DNA from: Ranitomeya imitator
Lineage: Eukaryota
Reading direction: 5' to 3'
Assembly (NCBI RefSeq): GCF_032444005.1
Contig: NC_091287.1
Span: forward strand, 384,586,001-384,650,000
Length of the DNA stretch: 64,000 bases
Positions 13,465 to 26,141 of this stretch are shown here, in pieces. The first letter of the stretch is position 1, and the number at the start of each line of letters is the position of its first letter. Made by a program: the position numbers and the translations under genes. Under the pieces are notes generated by a model. It worked only from the letters and a program-made list of their open reading frames with translations, was not told the origin of the DNA and searched no databases.

Positions 13465-13870
13465 AATGCTCCACAGTATAATGGCCCCATATTGTAACCC
13501 AAAGTATAATGACCCCATATAGTGCACCACTATAATGTGCCTCATGCCTCACATAGTGCTCCACACTATAATTGCCCCATAGTATAATGTGCCCCACAGT
13601 ATAATGGTTCCATACAGTGCACCACAGTATAATGGCTCCATATAGAATCCCATAGTATAATAGCTTAATATAGTGCACTACAATATAATGGCCCCATATA
13701 GTGCACCACAATATAATGGCCCCATAAAGTGCCCCACAGTAAAATGGCCTCCTATAGTGCCCCAAAGTATAATGGCCCCATATAGTGCCGCACACTATAA
13801 TGTGCCTCACATAGTGTTCCACAGTATAATGGCCCTATATAGTACCCAACAGTATAATGTACCCTAAATA
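13465..13870. repeat. Minisatellite, about 20-bp unit (CACAGTATAATGGCCCCATA-like)
   Basis: Visible degenerate tandem copies. Confidence 0.85.
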
Positions 13871-13884
13871 GTGCATTCTGGTAT

Positions 13885-14500
13885 ATGTCCCCATCTTAGT
13901 AATTTTCCCCATCCTGGTATATGTTCCTTAATCCTAGTATAATGTCCCCCATCCTGGTAAATGTCGCCCATTCTGGTATATGGCCCCATCCTGTTATATG
14001 GCACCATCCTGTTATATTGCCCCATCCAGGTGTATGTCCCCCCAACCAGGCGTATGTCCCTCATTCGGGCATATGGCCCCATCCTGGTATATGTCCCACC
14101 TCCTGGTATATGGAACCCTCCTTGAATATGTCTTCCATCCTGGTATATATCTTCCATCCTGATATATGGCCCCCATCCTGGTATATGGCCCCCATCCTAG
14201 TATATGGCCCCTATCCTGGTATATGGCCCCATCCTGGTATATGTCCTCCATCTTGGTATATGGACCCATCATGGTCTATCGCCCCCATCCTGGTATGTGG
14301 TCCCATCCTAGTATATGTCCCCCATCTTGGTATATTTTCTCCATCCTGGTATATGCCCCCCATCCTGGTATATGTCCTCCATGCTGGTATATGTCTTCCA
14401 TGCTGGTATATGTCCCCAATCCTGGTATATGTCCCCCATCCTAGTATATGTCCTCCATACTATTATATGTTCCCTCATCCTGGTTGGTATATGCCCTCCA
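13885..14500. repeat. Minisatellite, about 18-19-bp unit (CCCCATCCTGGTATATGT-like)
   Basis: Visible tandem copies. They generate the repetitive ORFs in this interval. Confidence 0.9.
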
Positions 14501-14839
14501 TCCTGTTACACAGCCTCCATATATTCAATGCATAGACAAAAAAAGACAATAAATGCTTGTACTCACCTTTCCTCTGCTCCTATGCAACATCCTATTCTGT
14601 GTTCAGAGTACAGCAGTATTATGATGTCCCTGCCGTGCTCAGAACAGATTGTCGGTGATCACATTCACAGGCTGTACTATAATATTGGTGACATGTTGCG
14701 ATCATCTCTCTCCATCACCGTCAATATTCATCACACCCCGGACCTTTGCTCCCCAGCACCTCCTCTTTCTGGCAGCTCCTGTTATTGCATGCACCCAGCA
14801 GTGTTTGCAAGAATAGGGGAAAGTAAAGCCTGCAGCATA

Positions 14840-16443
14840 CAGTGGGGCAAAAAAGTATTTAGTCAGTCAGCAATAGTGCAAGTTCCACCACTTAAAAAGA
14901 TGAGAGGCGTCTGTAATTTACATCATAGGTAGACCTCAACTATGGGAGACAAACTGAGAAACAAAAATCCAGAAAATCACATTGTCTGTTTTTTTAACAT
15001 TTTATTTGCATATTATGGTGGAAAATAAGTATTTGGTCAGAAACAAAATTTCATCTCAATACTTTGTAATATATCCTTTGTTGGCAATGACAGAGGTCAA
15101 ACGTTTTCTGTAAGTCTTCACAAGGTTGCCACACACTGTTGTTGGTATGTTGGCCCATTCCTCCATGCAGATCTCCTCTAGAGCAGTGATGTTTTTGGCT
15201 TTTCGCTTGGCAACACGGACTTTCAACTCCCTCCAAAGGTTTTCTATAGGGTTGAGATCTGGAGGCTGGCTAGGCCACTCCAGGACCTTGAAATGCTTCT
15301 TACGAAGCCACTCCTTCGTTGCCCTGGCGGTGTGCTTTGGATCATTGTCATGTTGAAAGACCCAGCCACGTTTCATCTTCAATGCCCTTGCTGATGGAAG
15401 GAGGTTTGCACTCAAAATCTCACGATACATGGCCCCATTCATTCTTTCATGTACCCGGATCAGTCGTCCTGGCCCCTTTGCAGAGAAACAGCCCGAAAGC
15501 ATGATGTTTCCACCACCATGCTTTACAGTAGGTATGGTGTTTGATGGATGCAACTCAGTATTCTTTTTCCTCCAAACACGACAAGTTGTGTTTCTACCAA
15601 ACATTTCCAGTTTGGTTTCATCAGACCATAGGACATTCTCCCAAAACTCCTCTGGATCATCCAAATGCTCTCTAGCAAACTTCAGACGGGCCCGGACATG
15701 TACTGGCTTAAGCAGTGGGACACGTCTGGCACTGCAGGATCTGAGTCCATGGTGGCATAGTGTGTTACTTATGGTAGGCCTTGTTACATTGGTCCCAGCT
15801 CTCTGCAGTTCATTCACTAGGTCCCCCCGCGTGGTTCTGGGATTTTTGCTCACCGTTCTTGTGATCATTCTGACCCCACGGGGTGGGATTTTGCGTGGAG
15901 CCCCAGATCGAGGGAGATTATCAGTGGTCTTGTATGTCTTCCATTTTCTAATTATTGCTCCCACTGTTGATTCCTTCACTCCAAGCTGGTTGGCTATTGC
16001 AGATTCAGTCTTCCCAGCCTGGTGCAGGGCTACAATTTTGTTTCTGGTGTCCTTTGACAGCTCTTTGGTCTTCACCATAGTGGAGTTTGGAGTCAGACTG
16101 TTTGAGGGTGTGCACAGGTGGCTTTTTATACTGATAAGTTTAAACAGGTGCCATTACTACAGGTAATGAGTGGAGGAAAGAGGAGACTCTTAAAGAAGAA
16201 GTTACAGGTCTGTGAGAGCCAGAAATCTTGATTGTTTGTTTCTGACCAAATACTTATTTTCCACCATAATATGCAAAAAAAATGATAAAAAAAACAGACA
16301 ATGTGATTTTCTGGATTTCTTTTTCTCAATTTGTCTCCCATAGTTGAGGTCTACCTATGATGTAAATTACAGACGCCTCTCATCTTTTTAAGTGGTGGAA
16401 CTTGCACTATTGCTGACTGACTAAATACTTTTTTGCCCCACTG
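14840..16443 (-). mobile_element. Full-length Tc1/mariner (Tc1, DD34E) transposon
   Basis: TA|CAGTGGGGCAAAAAAGTATTT ... AAATACTTTTTTGCCCCACTG|TA, with about 210-bp near-identical TIRs and a central transposase ORF. Confidence 0.97.
15056..16078 (-). CDS. Tc1 transposase, 340 aa
   Basis: N-terminal paired-like HTH ([16 protein letters not shown]...), GAPRK linker, [14 protein letters not shown] and [10 protein letters not shown]. There are 34 residues between the second D and the E. Confidence 0.96.
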   Translation of the reverse strand: MVKTKELSKDTRNKIVALHQAGKTESAIANQLGVKESTVGAIIRKWKTYKTTDNLPRSGAPRKIPPRGVRMITRTVSKNPRTTRGDLVNELQRAGTNVTRPTISNTLCHHGLRSCSARRVPLLKPVHVRARLKFAREHLDDPEEFWENVLWSDETKLEMFGRNTTCRVWRKKNTELHPSNTIPTVKHGGGNIMLSGCFSAKGPGRLIRVHERMNGAMYREILSANLLPSARALKMKRGWVFQHDNDPKHTARATKEWLRKKHFKVLEWPSQPPDLNPIENLWRELKVRVAKRKAKNITALEEICMEEWANIPTTVCGNLVKTYRKRLTSVIANKGYITKY

Positions 16444-17569
16444 TATACTGTCAGCTACACAAAGATGGCACGATCTCCTCCCACAGCTGTCACATGGAAA
16501 GCACAAGGAGAGTGCCCATGAGAGCCTCAATACAAGAGATGCAATTGGATTGCGACCGCAGTCTCTTATATCCAGGGGTTGCTATATTTGAAGTGTGTAA
16601 GTGTCGTGCTCAGACACTTACACCCCTAAATGAAGTGGTACATTTAATTTTGCATTAAATATAATTGATTATATAATCAATAATTATTAATACAAAATTG
16701 AATACTGGATAAATACAGATGTTTAGAAAATTTGCTTTAATTTTTTTATAATTTACATATCACTAAATGTCCTCCGATTTTCATTATTTTATGACTTTTC
16801 CTTCCTTTCAATGTATGTACCATATATATTTTTTTGCTATACTTCATTTTCCCTAAGGTCAGTTCATATTTCATGAAATCCTTTTTTATTATGTTTTCCT
16901 CCTCAAGTCAAAACATATCACAAGAATCATGCATAAATGTGTTTCAAATTACATGCTTGATCACACTATGCTGTCTTCTCAATTTATGTAAATGCTAATT
17001 ATATGCTAATATAATGATTTAATGAAATGTAGTTACCATAATTCTTTACCATAAATACTTCCTGGAGAAGTACGTAAGCACATAAGTAAAAAGAAATCAA
17101 TCCATTAAAAGTCCCTAGTGTTGTTAATCCATGACAATAACATGTCAGGTAACTGCAGCAATGACATGACTGTGAACTAAATGTCACTGCTGTGACCAGA
17201 GATTGAAAGCTGCACCACCTGACAAGTCATCACTAATGACCTGAGCTGGCATCGGGACAACTGGAGTGATATGGGACAAACAGAATCTGCAAGGTATATT
17301 GTAGAGTTTTTAACTTTTGAAGACAAATTAGTCACTTTTGAAACTGTAAAAAAAAAATTTGTTTTCATAAATAATCATAGTGAATTTATGAAGACGAAAA
17401 GTAGGAATAGGACGGATTAGGGTAGGCATAAGGTAAGCATGGGAAATGGGGATCATGACAGTCATGGGGATCATCATGACCCTTTTTTGAGTTTATCATT
17501 TAACAATTGATAATGCAAAAAGAGGGTATTGAATAAAAAATCTATTTAAGTAAAACAGCGTGTTATAAC

Positions 17570-18401
17570 TAGGGATGGGCGAACCCAAACTGTAAAGTTC
17601 TGGACCCATACTGAACACATAGCGTTCTGCCACAAGGTCCCAAACACAGGTTTCCATGTGAAACCTGTGTTACAGTTCGGGTCCAGATCGGGTCCAGGGC
17701 CTGTAAAAGCATATAATTAATAATAAACATTATAATTATACTTACGCCTCCTCGCATCCTGCTGTCTCCTGGACGCATCTGCTTCCGTGGCCGCGCATTA
17801 ACTTCCGGCAGTATTCACTGATGTCACCTCACGGACAATGCCGATGCGGCCGAAAATTGCCGAATAGTGGAGTGAATAAACCGGAAGTTAATAGCCTTGC
17901 AGCGCTGGGGTCCTGGGTTCTAATCCCACCCAGGACAACATCTGCAAAGAGTTTGTATGTTCTCTCTGTGTTTGCATGGGTTTCCTCCGGTCACTCTGGT
18001 TTCCTCCCACATTCCAAAGACATACTGATAGGGATTCTAGATTGTGAGCCCCATCGGGGACAGTGATGATAATGTGTGCAAACTGTAAAGCGCTGTGGAA
18101 TATGTTAGCGCTATATAAAAACAAAGATTATTATTATTATATTATTAATGAGCGGCCCCGGAAGTAGATGGGGCCATGAGACAGCAAGATGGGAGGACGC
18201 GTTGCTGGACTGGTATAATTATAATGTTTATTATTAATTTTAAGCTTTGTTTTACAGACCCCTCCCCCCGCCCAATCCCGTATCTGTAAAGTTCAAGTTC
18301 AGGGTTCGGTCGCAAGTTCGCGTCATCTCGAGCTCGAACTTTACAAAAACAACTTGGGCGAACCCGCCGATCCCAATCATCGGGGGGTTCGCCCATCACT
18401 A
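17570..18401. mobile_element. hAT-type MITE containing a SINE insertion
   Basis: TIRs TAGGGATGGGCGAAC / GTTCGCCCATCACTA. 8-bp TSD GTTATAAC / GATATAAC (7 of 8). Confidence 0.8.
17893..18144 (+). mobile_element. 5'-truncated tRNA-derived V-SINE with L2-like tail
   Basis: B-box GTTCTAATCC, V-domain-like GTTTGTATGTTCTC...GGGTTTCCTCCGG...GGTTTCCTCCCAC, (ATT)n tail, TTAAT on both flanks. Confidence 0.8.
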
Positions 18402-18648
18402 GATATAACGAAGAATAAAGCAAACAGTAATAGAGGGAAAAATGTAATTTGCAATACTTGAAAAAAAAACAGGTAATTTAATTGCATAAATCTCCACCTA
18501 ACTGGATAATAGAGGCACCACCCCATACAAAGAATCAACCTGCAACATGTCTGGGACACTACATGAAAATAAAGAAAAGTATACAAAAGGGAATCACCTA
18601 AAATAATGTTTATTGTACATGAAACCAAAGACAACATTAAAAACATTT

Positions 18649-18924
18649 ATAATAAATAATCTTTATTTTTATATAGCGCTAACATATTCCGCAGCGCTTT
18701 ACAGTTTGCACACATTATCATCTCTGTCCCCGATGGGGCTCACAATCTAAATTCCCTATCTGTATATCTGGAATGTGGGAGGAAACTGTAGAACCCGGAG
18801 GAAGCCCACGTAAACACAGGAAGAACATACAAACTCCTTGCCGATGTTGTCCTTGGTGGGATTTGAACACAGGACTCCAGCACTGCAAGGCTGCTGTGCT
18901 AACCACTGCGCCACCGTGCCCCCC
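18649..18924 (-). mobile_element. Full-length tRNA-derived V-SINE
   Basis: Minus strand begins GGGGGCACGGTGGCGCAGTGGTTAGC (A box) and has GTTCAAATCC (B box), a V-domain and an (ATT)n tail. Same family as 17893-18144, inverted. Confidence 0.85.
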
Positions 18925-19082
18925 ATTTATTATTATTATTATAGTGCCATTTATTCCATGGCGCTTTACATGTGAGGAGGGGTATACATAATAAAAACAA
19001 GTACAATAATCTTAAACGATGCCAGTAACAACTGGTACAGGAGAAGAGAGGACACTGCCCACGAGGACTCACAGTCTACAAG
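18925..19082 (-). mobile_element. L2 LINE 3' end
   Basis: Nearly the same sequence as the L2 3' end at about 50080-50250. Confidence 0.75.
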
Positions 19083-20034
19083 ATATAAGAAGCCAAATAG
19101 CTGGTGATCACATAACTCATAATTGATGTAATCACAGTTTAATTAATAGTCCATTTAACAGTTTAATTCTGCCCTATCAAACTAAAGTGATGCAGCTCAC
19201 CTTAGCAGATCTTGTTTCATACATGAACAGACTCATGCATCGCATTTAATTGATTGTGCTGGCAGTATGCACATTATTCGATTCATTATTTATGTTATGT
19301 TCTCATATGCACTATTAGGATATTACTGGTTATTGACATGATTCCTCCTGTTGATGTGTCAGCTGTAAGTGTTTTGAATGACAGTTCAGCTGCTCAATCA
19401 GGGCCAGGGTATGCTGGGTTTCTTCCATATGTCTCCCATTCATAGTGATTACCTGACTATTTGTCTGGCTTTGCGCTTCCAATTACTGAAAATTGTAGCT
19501 TAGCTCAAGTGGTGTGTGTCTTCTCTGTGGTCGTAGTTCTTGTATTCAGATCTTTGTTGCCTGACCTTGGTTTTGCCTTTGACCATCCATTTGTCTAGCA
19601 CCTTTGTCTTGATCTGTAACCTTCTTGGAATTCTGACCATGGACTGTGACCTGACTGCACCTCTGCCTTTCCCCTTAGTTTACAATGAGCTCTCTTGGTA
19701 TCTGACGTCTTGACTTCCCTGCCTCACAGCTTGTCTATGAATAGTGACTAGTGTCATAATTATTATGCTTACTATGATTAAGTGATTTTTACCATATATT
19801 CATCTCATGTGATATATATATATATTTAATTTATTTACATACTGTACATTATGTCTATCGGGATTAGGTGATTTTTGTACACACTCGCCTTATGATATAT
19901 TGTCCATGTACATGTTCTATTGATTTGCTGTATGTTCTTGTTTTTTGACTAATCTTTATTGTCAGTTCCATATTATGAATGAATCCGGTTTGTCTTTATT
20001 CCTATTGCAATACAGCACTAAGCACTTTTTTTAA

Positions 20035-21241
20035 CCCCTTCACGTCGCAGCCCATTTTTTAATTTTTTCATTTTCGTTTTTTCCCCCCTTCTTCCCACAG
20101 CCATAACTCTTTTATTTTTCTTTGCACACAGACATATGATCACTTGTTTTTTTGCAGAACGAGTAGTACTTTTGAATGACAGCATTCATTTTACCATATA
20201 GTGCACTGGAAAAAGGAAAAAAAAAATTCCAAATGCAGTGAAGTTGTGAAACCCCCCAGCAATTTTGATATTGTTTTTTGAAAATTGTTTTATGGTGTAC
20301 ATTTTGTGGTTAAAATGACTATGCAATATGATTCTCCTCATCAATATACGGTAATTATGGTGATACCAAACGTCTAGTTTTTTTTATTATTTTATTGGTG
20401 AAACAAAATGTGAAGTTTGCAAAAACTGTCACCATTTTCCGAGACCTGTAACATTTTTATTTTTTGTCCAATAGAGATGCATGGAGCTTATTTTTTGCGG
20501 CGCGAGACTACGTATTTATTAGTATCATTATGGGATAGATATGATGTTTTAATAGCTTCTAATAGCATTTCTTGTGGAATAGTGGTGACCAAAAAATCTT
20601 CATTTTGGCGTGCTTTAATTTTTTTCATTTATGGTATTTACCGATGGGGTTAATTACTTTTTAGATTTTGATAGATCAAACTTGCCTGAGCACGGCGATA
20701 CCACATATGTGGATTTTTTTAAAACGGGGGTGATTTTAACTTTTTTTTATTTATTTATTTTTCATATTTTTGAAAACATTTTTTTACTTTTTGCTGTTCT
20801 TGCTAGCCCTTTTTGGGACCTTGAAGATGCGATCATCCGATCACATGTGCTATATGCAGTGATACCTCTGCATCGCTGCATATAACAGAAATTACAGTTT
20901 CCTTTGAAGCCCTGGATATCCATAATGACAAGCACGGGGGTCATCAGCTGACCCCCGCTGTCATGAAATTTCATCGACGGCTCGTGATCATGTCATGGGC
21001 GCACCAATGGGAGAAAGTTATGACGGGTGGGGACTTTGGCGCGTTTTAAGTGCCGCCGTCAGAGATTGAAAGCGGAATTTAACAGTTTAACAATTGTTCC
21101 ACCTACGATTGTTAGTGGCAGGTTTTGGCTGTAATACACAGTCAACACATGCCAAGTATAGGGCAGGCTAGCTGCAGGAGCCCGCTTCATACACCTGCTG
21201 CAAACTTGCGCTGTTTATGTACGGCGCATGTCATGAATCAA
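20035..21241. mobile_element. piggyBac-like non-autonomous element
   Basis: TTAA|CCCCTTCACG left end and a degenerate right end ...ATGTCATGAATCAA|TTAA. Confidence 0.55.
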
Positions 21242-22550
21242 TTAAGTGTTTTTACCAATTTTTTGCTATGTTAACTATGTGATTGTTTGATACGGTAAAT
21301 AAAACTCTATTATGGGTTTATGTTGTCAGCAGCCATTTGGATTTTTAAGTGTTTTTAATGTTGTCTTTGGTTTCATGTATAATAAATATTAATTATTTTA
21401 GGTGATCCCTTTTTGCATACTTCTCTTTATTTACACATAAATCTCCACATGTGACCTTGCAAAGCCACCATTTGATGGTTAGAAATTACATTAAAGCGCT
21501 TATGGATGATGACTAGACATGGGCAAATTTATTTGAGTGGAATTGAATTCTACTAAAATATTACCTTTCCAGCAGCTTTCACTCCTCCTTGCCTGCTGTC
21601 TATGCCTCTATCGCCCCGCAAATATTGCCTGCTCTTCACTTTAGGTTGAATTTATGGGTGAGAGCCCACTCCAGGGCCTGCTTAAGGCAGGAAACCCTAG
21701 ACCAGAGTGAACACCAGACTGGTGCTGTGATATGACAGAGGCATATTTAAATTTTGTCTGATCTAATGCTGACGTGTTTACTTTTTACACTTAATTCTCC
21801 CCTTCTTCCAATTTGTTTTCCCTCCTTTTCTTCCAAAAGCTATACATTTTTTTTATTTTTCTCATTACTATTGCCATATGAGGTCTTGTTTTTTGTGGAA
21901 TGAATCGTAATTTTCATTTTATTATAAAAAGTAGGGAAAAATAAATTCGCTGAAATTTTGAAAGAAAAAAAACACTATTTCATCATAGTTTTTTTTAAAT
22001 GAGTTGTATTTATTGTGTGGTAAAAATTACCTGGCAATATGATTCTGCAGTTTAGTTCAAATAAAGCAATAGCAACTTATATAGTTTTTCCTCACTATTT
22101 TAGTGGCTTAAAGGAAATCTCTCACCAAGATCCAGCACCACAAACTTTTCACATGGCCATTTTGCTCCCTGAACATTTGTGTCATCCACACCTTTATTTA
22201 TACAATCTAATGTTACCTGACTGACTATTTGATGTTTTAATTCAGATTCAAATGAGACTAAAGTGATTAGAATATGCCAAAACCATTCCCATACCTGTGC
22301 CTCATTGGCTCTATTCCGCACCTAATGCCACCTTCTTCTGTTTGATTGACAATTCACTGGTTTTATACTTAAGCCAACAGGCTCCAATTCAAGCAGAAGA
22401 AGGTGGCATTAGACTGAGAATAGAGTAGTGTAGAAAGGGGCTAAAGAAGTGCTTCGGCAATATCAAAGCTCTTCAGCTATATTAGTATCTGAATTAAAAC
22501 CTTTTGTATTTTGGTTTGGTCAGGGAGCAACTGATACTACAACTGATACT

Positions 22551-23416
22551 CAGTGGCGCTGCTATCATGAGGCAAGTTGAATACTTTGCCTCAAGCGGCG
22601 GAGCATTCCTAAAGACAGGGTGCAGCAGAGCGGCAGTCAGAAGTTAGAACACCTGGTGCCGACTCTCCCTGCAATCCCTGCTCTGACACTTGCTGACAGT
22701 GCAGACAGAGTCACAAACATCATGTATGGCCATTATACTGTATGAACCACTATATGGTACCCAAAATACTGTGTGGAGCAATATATGGGGCTCATTATAC
22801 TGTATGGAGCAATATATGGGGCATGTTATTCTGTATGGAGCACTGTGCGGTGCCCACAATACTGTATAGAGGACTATGTGGTGCCCATAATTCTGTATGG
22901 AGCAATATATGGGGCTCATTATACTGTATGGAGCAATATATGGGGCATGTTATTCTGTATGGAGCGCTATGCGGTGCCCACAATACTGTATGGAGGACTA
23001 TGTGGTGCCCATAACTGTATGGAGCCATATATCGGGCTCATTATACTGTATGGAGCAATATATAGGGCATGTTATTCTGTGTGGAGCGCTACGTGGTGCC
23101 CATAATACTGTATGGAGCAATATATGGGGCATGTTATTCTGTATGGAGTGCTGTGCGGTGCCCACAATACTGTATGGAGCAATATATGGGGCTCATTATT
23201 CTGTATGAAGCACTGTAATGCCCAGAATACTGTATGTAGGACTATACTGTCTGATTTATGACCTATTGTAGAATGTACAATAGTTATCACTCATGTAATG
23301 TATGGGGGGACTGTATATCAGATGGGAGCCCTATAGGGGGGCTGTACTGTATATGTGTTTGGGGGGCGCCGTTTTGAAGTTCGCCTCAGGCAGCAGTGTG
23401 GCTAGGTTCACCCCTG
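22551..23416. mobile_element. hAT-type MITE carrying a 30-bp minisatellite
   Basis: CAGTGGCG...CACCCCTG termini with a perfect 8-bp TSD CTGATACT (22543-22550, 23417-23424). Internal TACTGTATGGAGCAATATATGGGGCTCATTA-type repeats at about 22735-23240. Confidence 0.8.
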
Positions 23417-24557
23417 CTGATACTACAAATAAAGAGGTGAATGACATTATCATTATCTTTTCAGAGTGCAGCATAACCACATAAGCTGTTTGGATCCTGA
23501 TAACAGAATTTCATTAAGAAAATTTTGAACTTCCCAATAAAATATTTTCTTGGTGGCATTCGCCTTCTTGAGCCTTGCCAGAAATATTACTGGAGTTATA
23601 GAAACTGAAGTAACATTTCTAGTATAAGTTGCACCACTAAAGTCACTAAACGTTTGATGAATTCAGTGGACGGGCACCACCATGCAAAAATGTTGTGACT
23701 TTTTATAATGTTTTAAATTAGAAATCAGGTGAAAAACCATTGATGAATTGGTTCCAATAATTTCATTGTCTTCCTGTAGCCGCTGCTCCCAGATGCCAGC
23801 CAGTTATAATTTAGGCTCTATTTACTTGCAAAATACCATTGAAGCTGCAAGTAAATAGCATTTCTGGAGGTGACATATTTTCTATGAACAGTAGCAACTG
23901 AAACAAACTCCTGCCTCCTCTGGTACAGGTAGGTGTTGGCTATATCAAATACTCAGCACCTGCAATGTGTTGCGCGGACTCACCTATTGACTCTACTTCA
24001 TTCACCTGCACCCCCTCATTGACAGATATTTATGTCCCTGCCTGTTCTTCCTGGCATCAGATCAAAGCAGTCTCCAATTGCTTCTGCTGGTGATTCAGCT
24101 GATCCAAGTCAACAGGACAGCTTGTCTTTATCGTGGAGTGGCTTCCAACATCTGCTGATTGACATACAGCCTCCCGCAGAAGCTATACATGAAACGCGTG
24201 TCATCGTACTGGAATTTGTGGTCCATTAATTGGTGCATTGATGATCGTGTGTTTTGATGGGTACTGATGTTATTGCACTACTTCACTGTATTAGAAGCTC
24301 TGTCTGTACGGGGTCTCCCTAGGATTATTTATTGAGGACTTGATATTTTGATATTGATTTTTTTATATCTATTTATTATCCTACTTTACTCAGAGTTTCT
24401 TTAAGGGGTCATTGTATGAATGGAGTTTTCACAATGGTTATCATGTTATTTATTTACATACTTATGTTTTTGGTGCCCTGATTATTTTTATGATTTGATT
24501 CTATGTGTCACGATTAGTGTTGGGACTATGAGCGTTAACCAGGTCCCTATAACTAGG

Positions 24558-26141
24558 CAGGGCCGGCATCAGCACCCGGCGTACCGGGGCAAGTGCCGGG
24601 GCCCTGAACAAATGGGGGGGCCCACTCATGACCGGGATACCAGGGGGCCCGGGCCGCTCCCTCAGCAGCTTCGGCACTACTTGAGCTCAGCCGTCACTTA
24701 AATAAACATGGCCGCGCACAGTGCACTCTGCAGCGATGTCTCTGCTAGTAATCTATTCTATCATAAAATGATCAAGCCAAGGAAAAAGGAAGAGTAATTG
24801 ACTGTCTTATGGGCACATTTGTTCTTATATATATATCATATATTTATATATATATATTTTTTCATGATTTTTAGTTTTTTCACAGATTTTTGTATATATA
24901 TTACTCTTCCTTTTTCCTTGGCTTGATCATTTTATGATAGAATAGATTTTTGTAGCATATAAACACTTTATTTATTATTACATCCAGTCTTCTTTTTAAT
25001 ACTTTGACAGTTAAATTGTTTCATATCAATATTTTCTGTAAAAATTGCTCTTTTTGCTATATATTAAAAATTTGGATACTGCATTCTGTACATATAACAT
25101 TGGTAGGGATCTATATTGCTCTGGGTATTGCTGCTATTATACTGTATATTATATTATTATTATATTATTGTCCTGTGGTGCGTACTGGTATTTGATTTTA
25201 TATTTTGTTGTAATATTGCTATTTTGAATTGTAAAATAAAAATTAATTTTAATGATTAAGATCCTGGTGTGGTGTTAATCTCTGGTGGGTCTATGGTCAC
25301 GGGGTAGGATTGTTGTTTTACTGTACATATTTATGTATTTTTGTGAATTTGTCTTCAAATATATGTATGTAAATATCTGCGTATTGCATGTGTGTGCATG
25401 TCTGCGTATTGCATGTGTGTGCATGTCTGCGTATTGTGTGTGTGTGCATGTCTGCGTATTGTGTGTGTGCATGTTTGCATATTGTGTGTGTGTGCATGTC
25501 TGCGTATTGTGTGTGTGCATGTCTGCGTATTGTGTGTGTGCATGTCTGCATATTGTGTGTGTGCATGTCTGCGTATTGTGTGTGTGTGCATGTCTGTGTA
25601 TTGTGTGTGTGCATGTCTGCATATTGTGTGTGTGCATGTCTGCGTATTGTGTGTGTGTGCATGTCTGTGTATTGTGTGTGTGCATGTCTGCGTAGTGTGT
25701 GTGTGTGTGCATGTCTGCATATTGTGTGTGTGTGCATGTCTGCGTAGTGTGTGTGTGTGCATGTCTGCATATTGTGTGTGTGTGCATGTATGCGTATTGT
25801 GTGTGCATGTCTGCGTATTGTGTGTGTGCATGTCTGCGTATTGTGTTTGTGTGTGCATGTCTGCGTATTGTGTGTGTGTGTGTGCATGTCTGCGTATTGT
25901 GTGTGTGCATGTCTGCGTATTGTGTGTGTGTGTGAGTGCACATGTCTGCGCACTGTAGATGTGTGTGTATGCCTGCGTATTGTGTGTGTGCATATCTGCC
26001 TATGTGAAGGATGAGGGGGAAGGCTAGGCCCTATGTAGTATATCTTTATTTCTCCGCCGTATCTGTGCATCATGAATCGTGGTATTTGTGCCCACTGAGA
26101 CTCTCTTGCCCGGGGCCCACAAAATCCTGGAGCCGGCCCTG
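24558..26141. mobile_element. hAT non-autonomous element
   Basis: Perfect TIRs CAGGGCCGGC / GCCGGCCCTG and a perfect 8-bp TSD TAACTAGG (24550-24557, 26142-26149). Confidence 0.9.
25375..25990. repeat. (TG)n-derived minisatellite, TGTGTGTGCATGTCTGCGTAT-like, 20-28-bp units
   Basis: Visible tandem copies with variable TG run length. Confidence 0.95.

Noticed and set aside
13337-14932. Several Pro/Tyr/Trp-rich ORFs
   Set aside because: Minisatellite translations.
24155-24206. Possible fourth hammerhead (CTGATTGA...GAAACGCGTGTC)
   Set aside because: The core has an extra T, stem II is poor and stem I cannot be formed. At most a dead PLE remnant.
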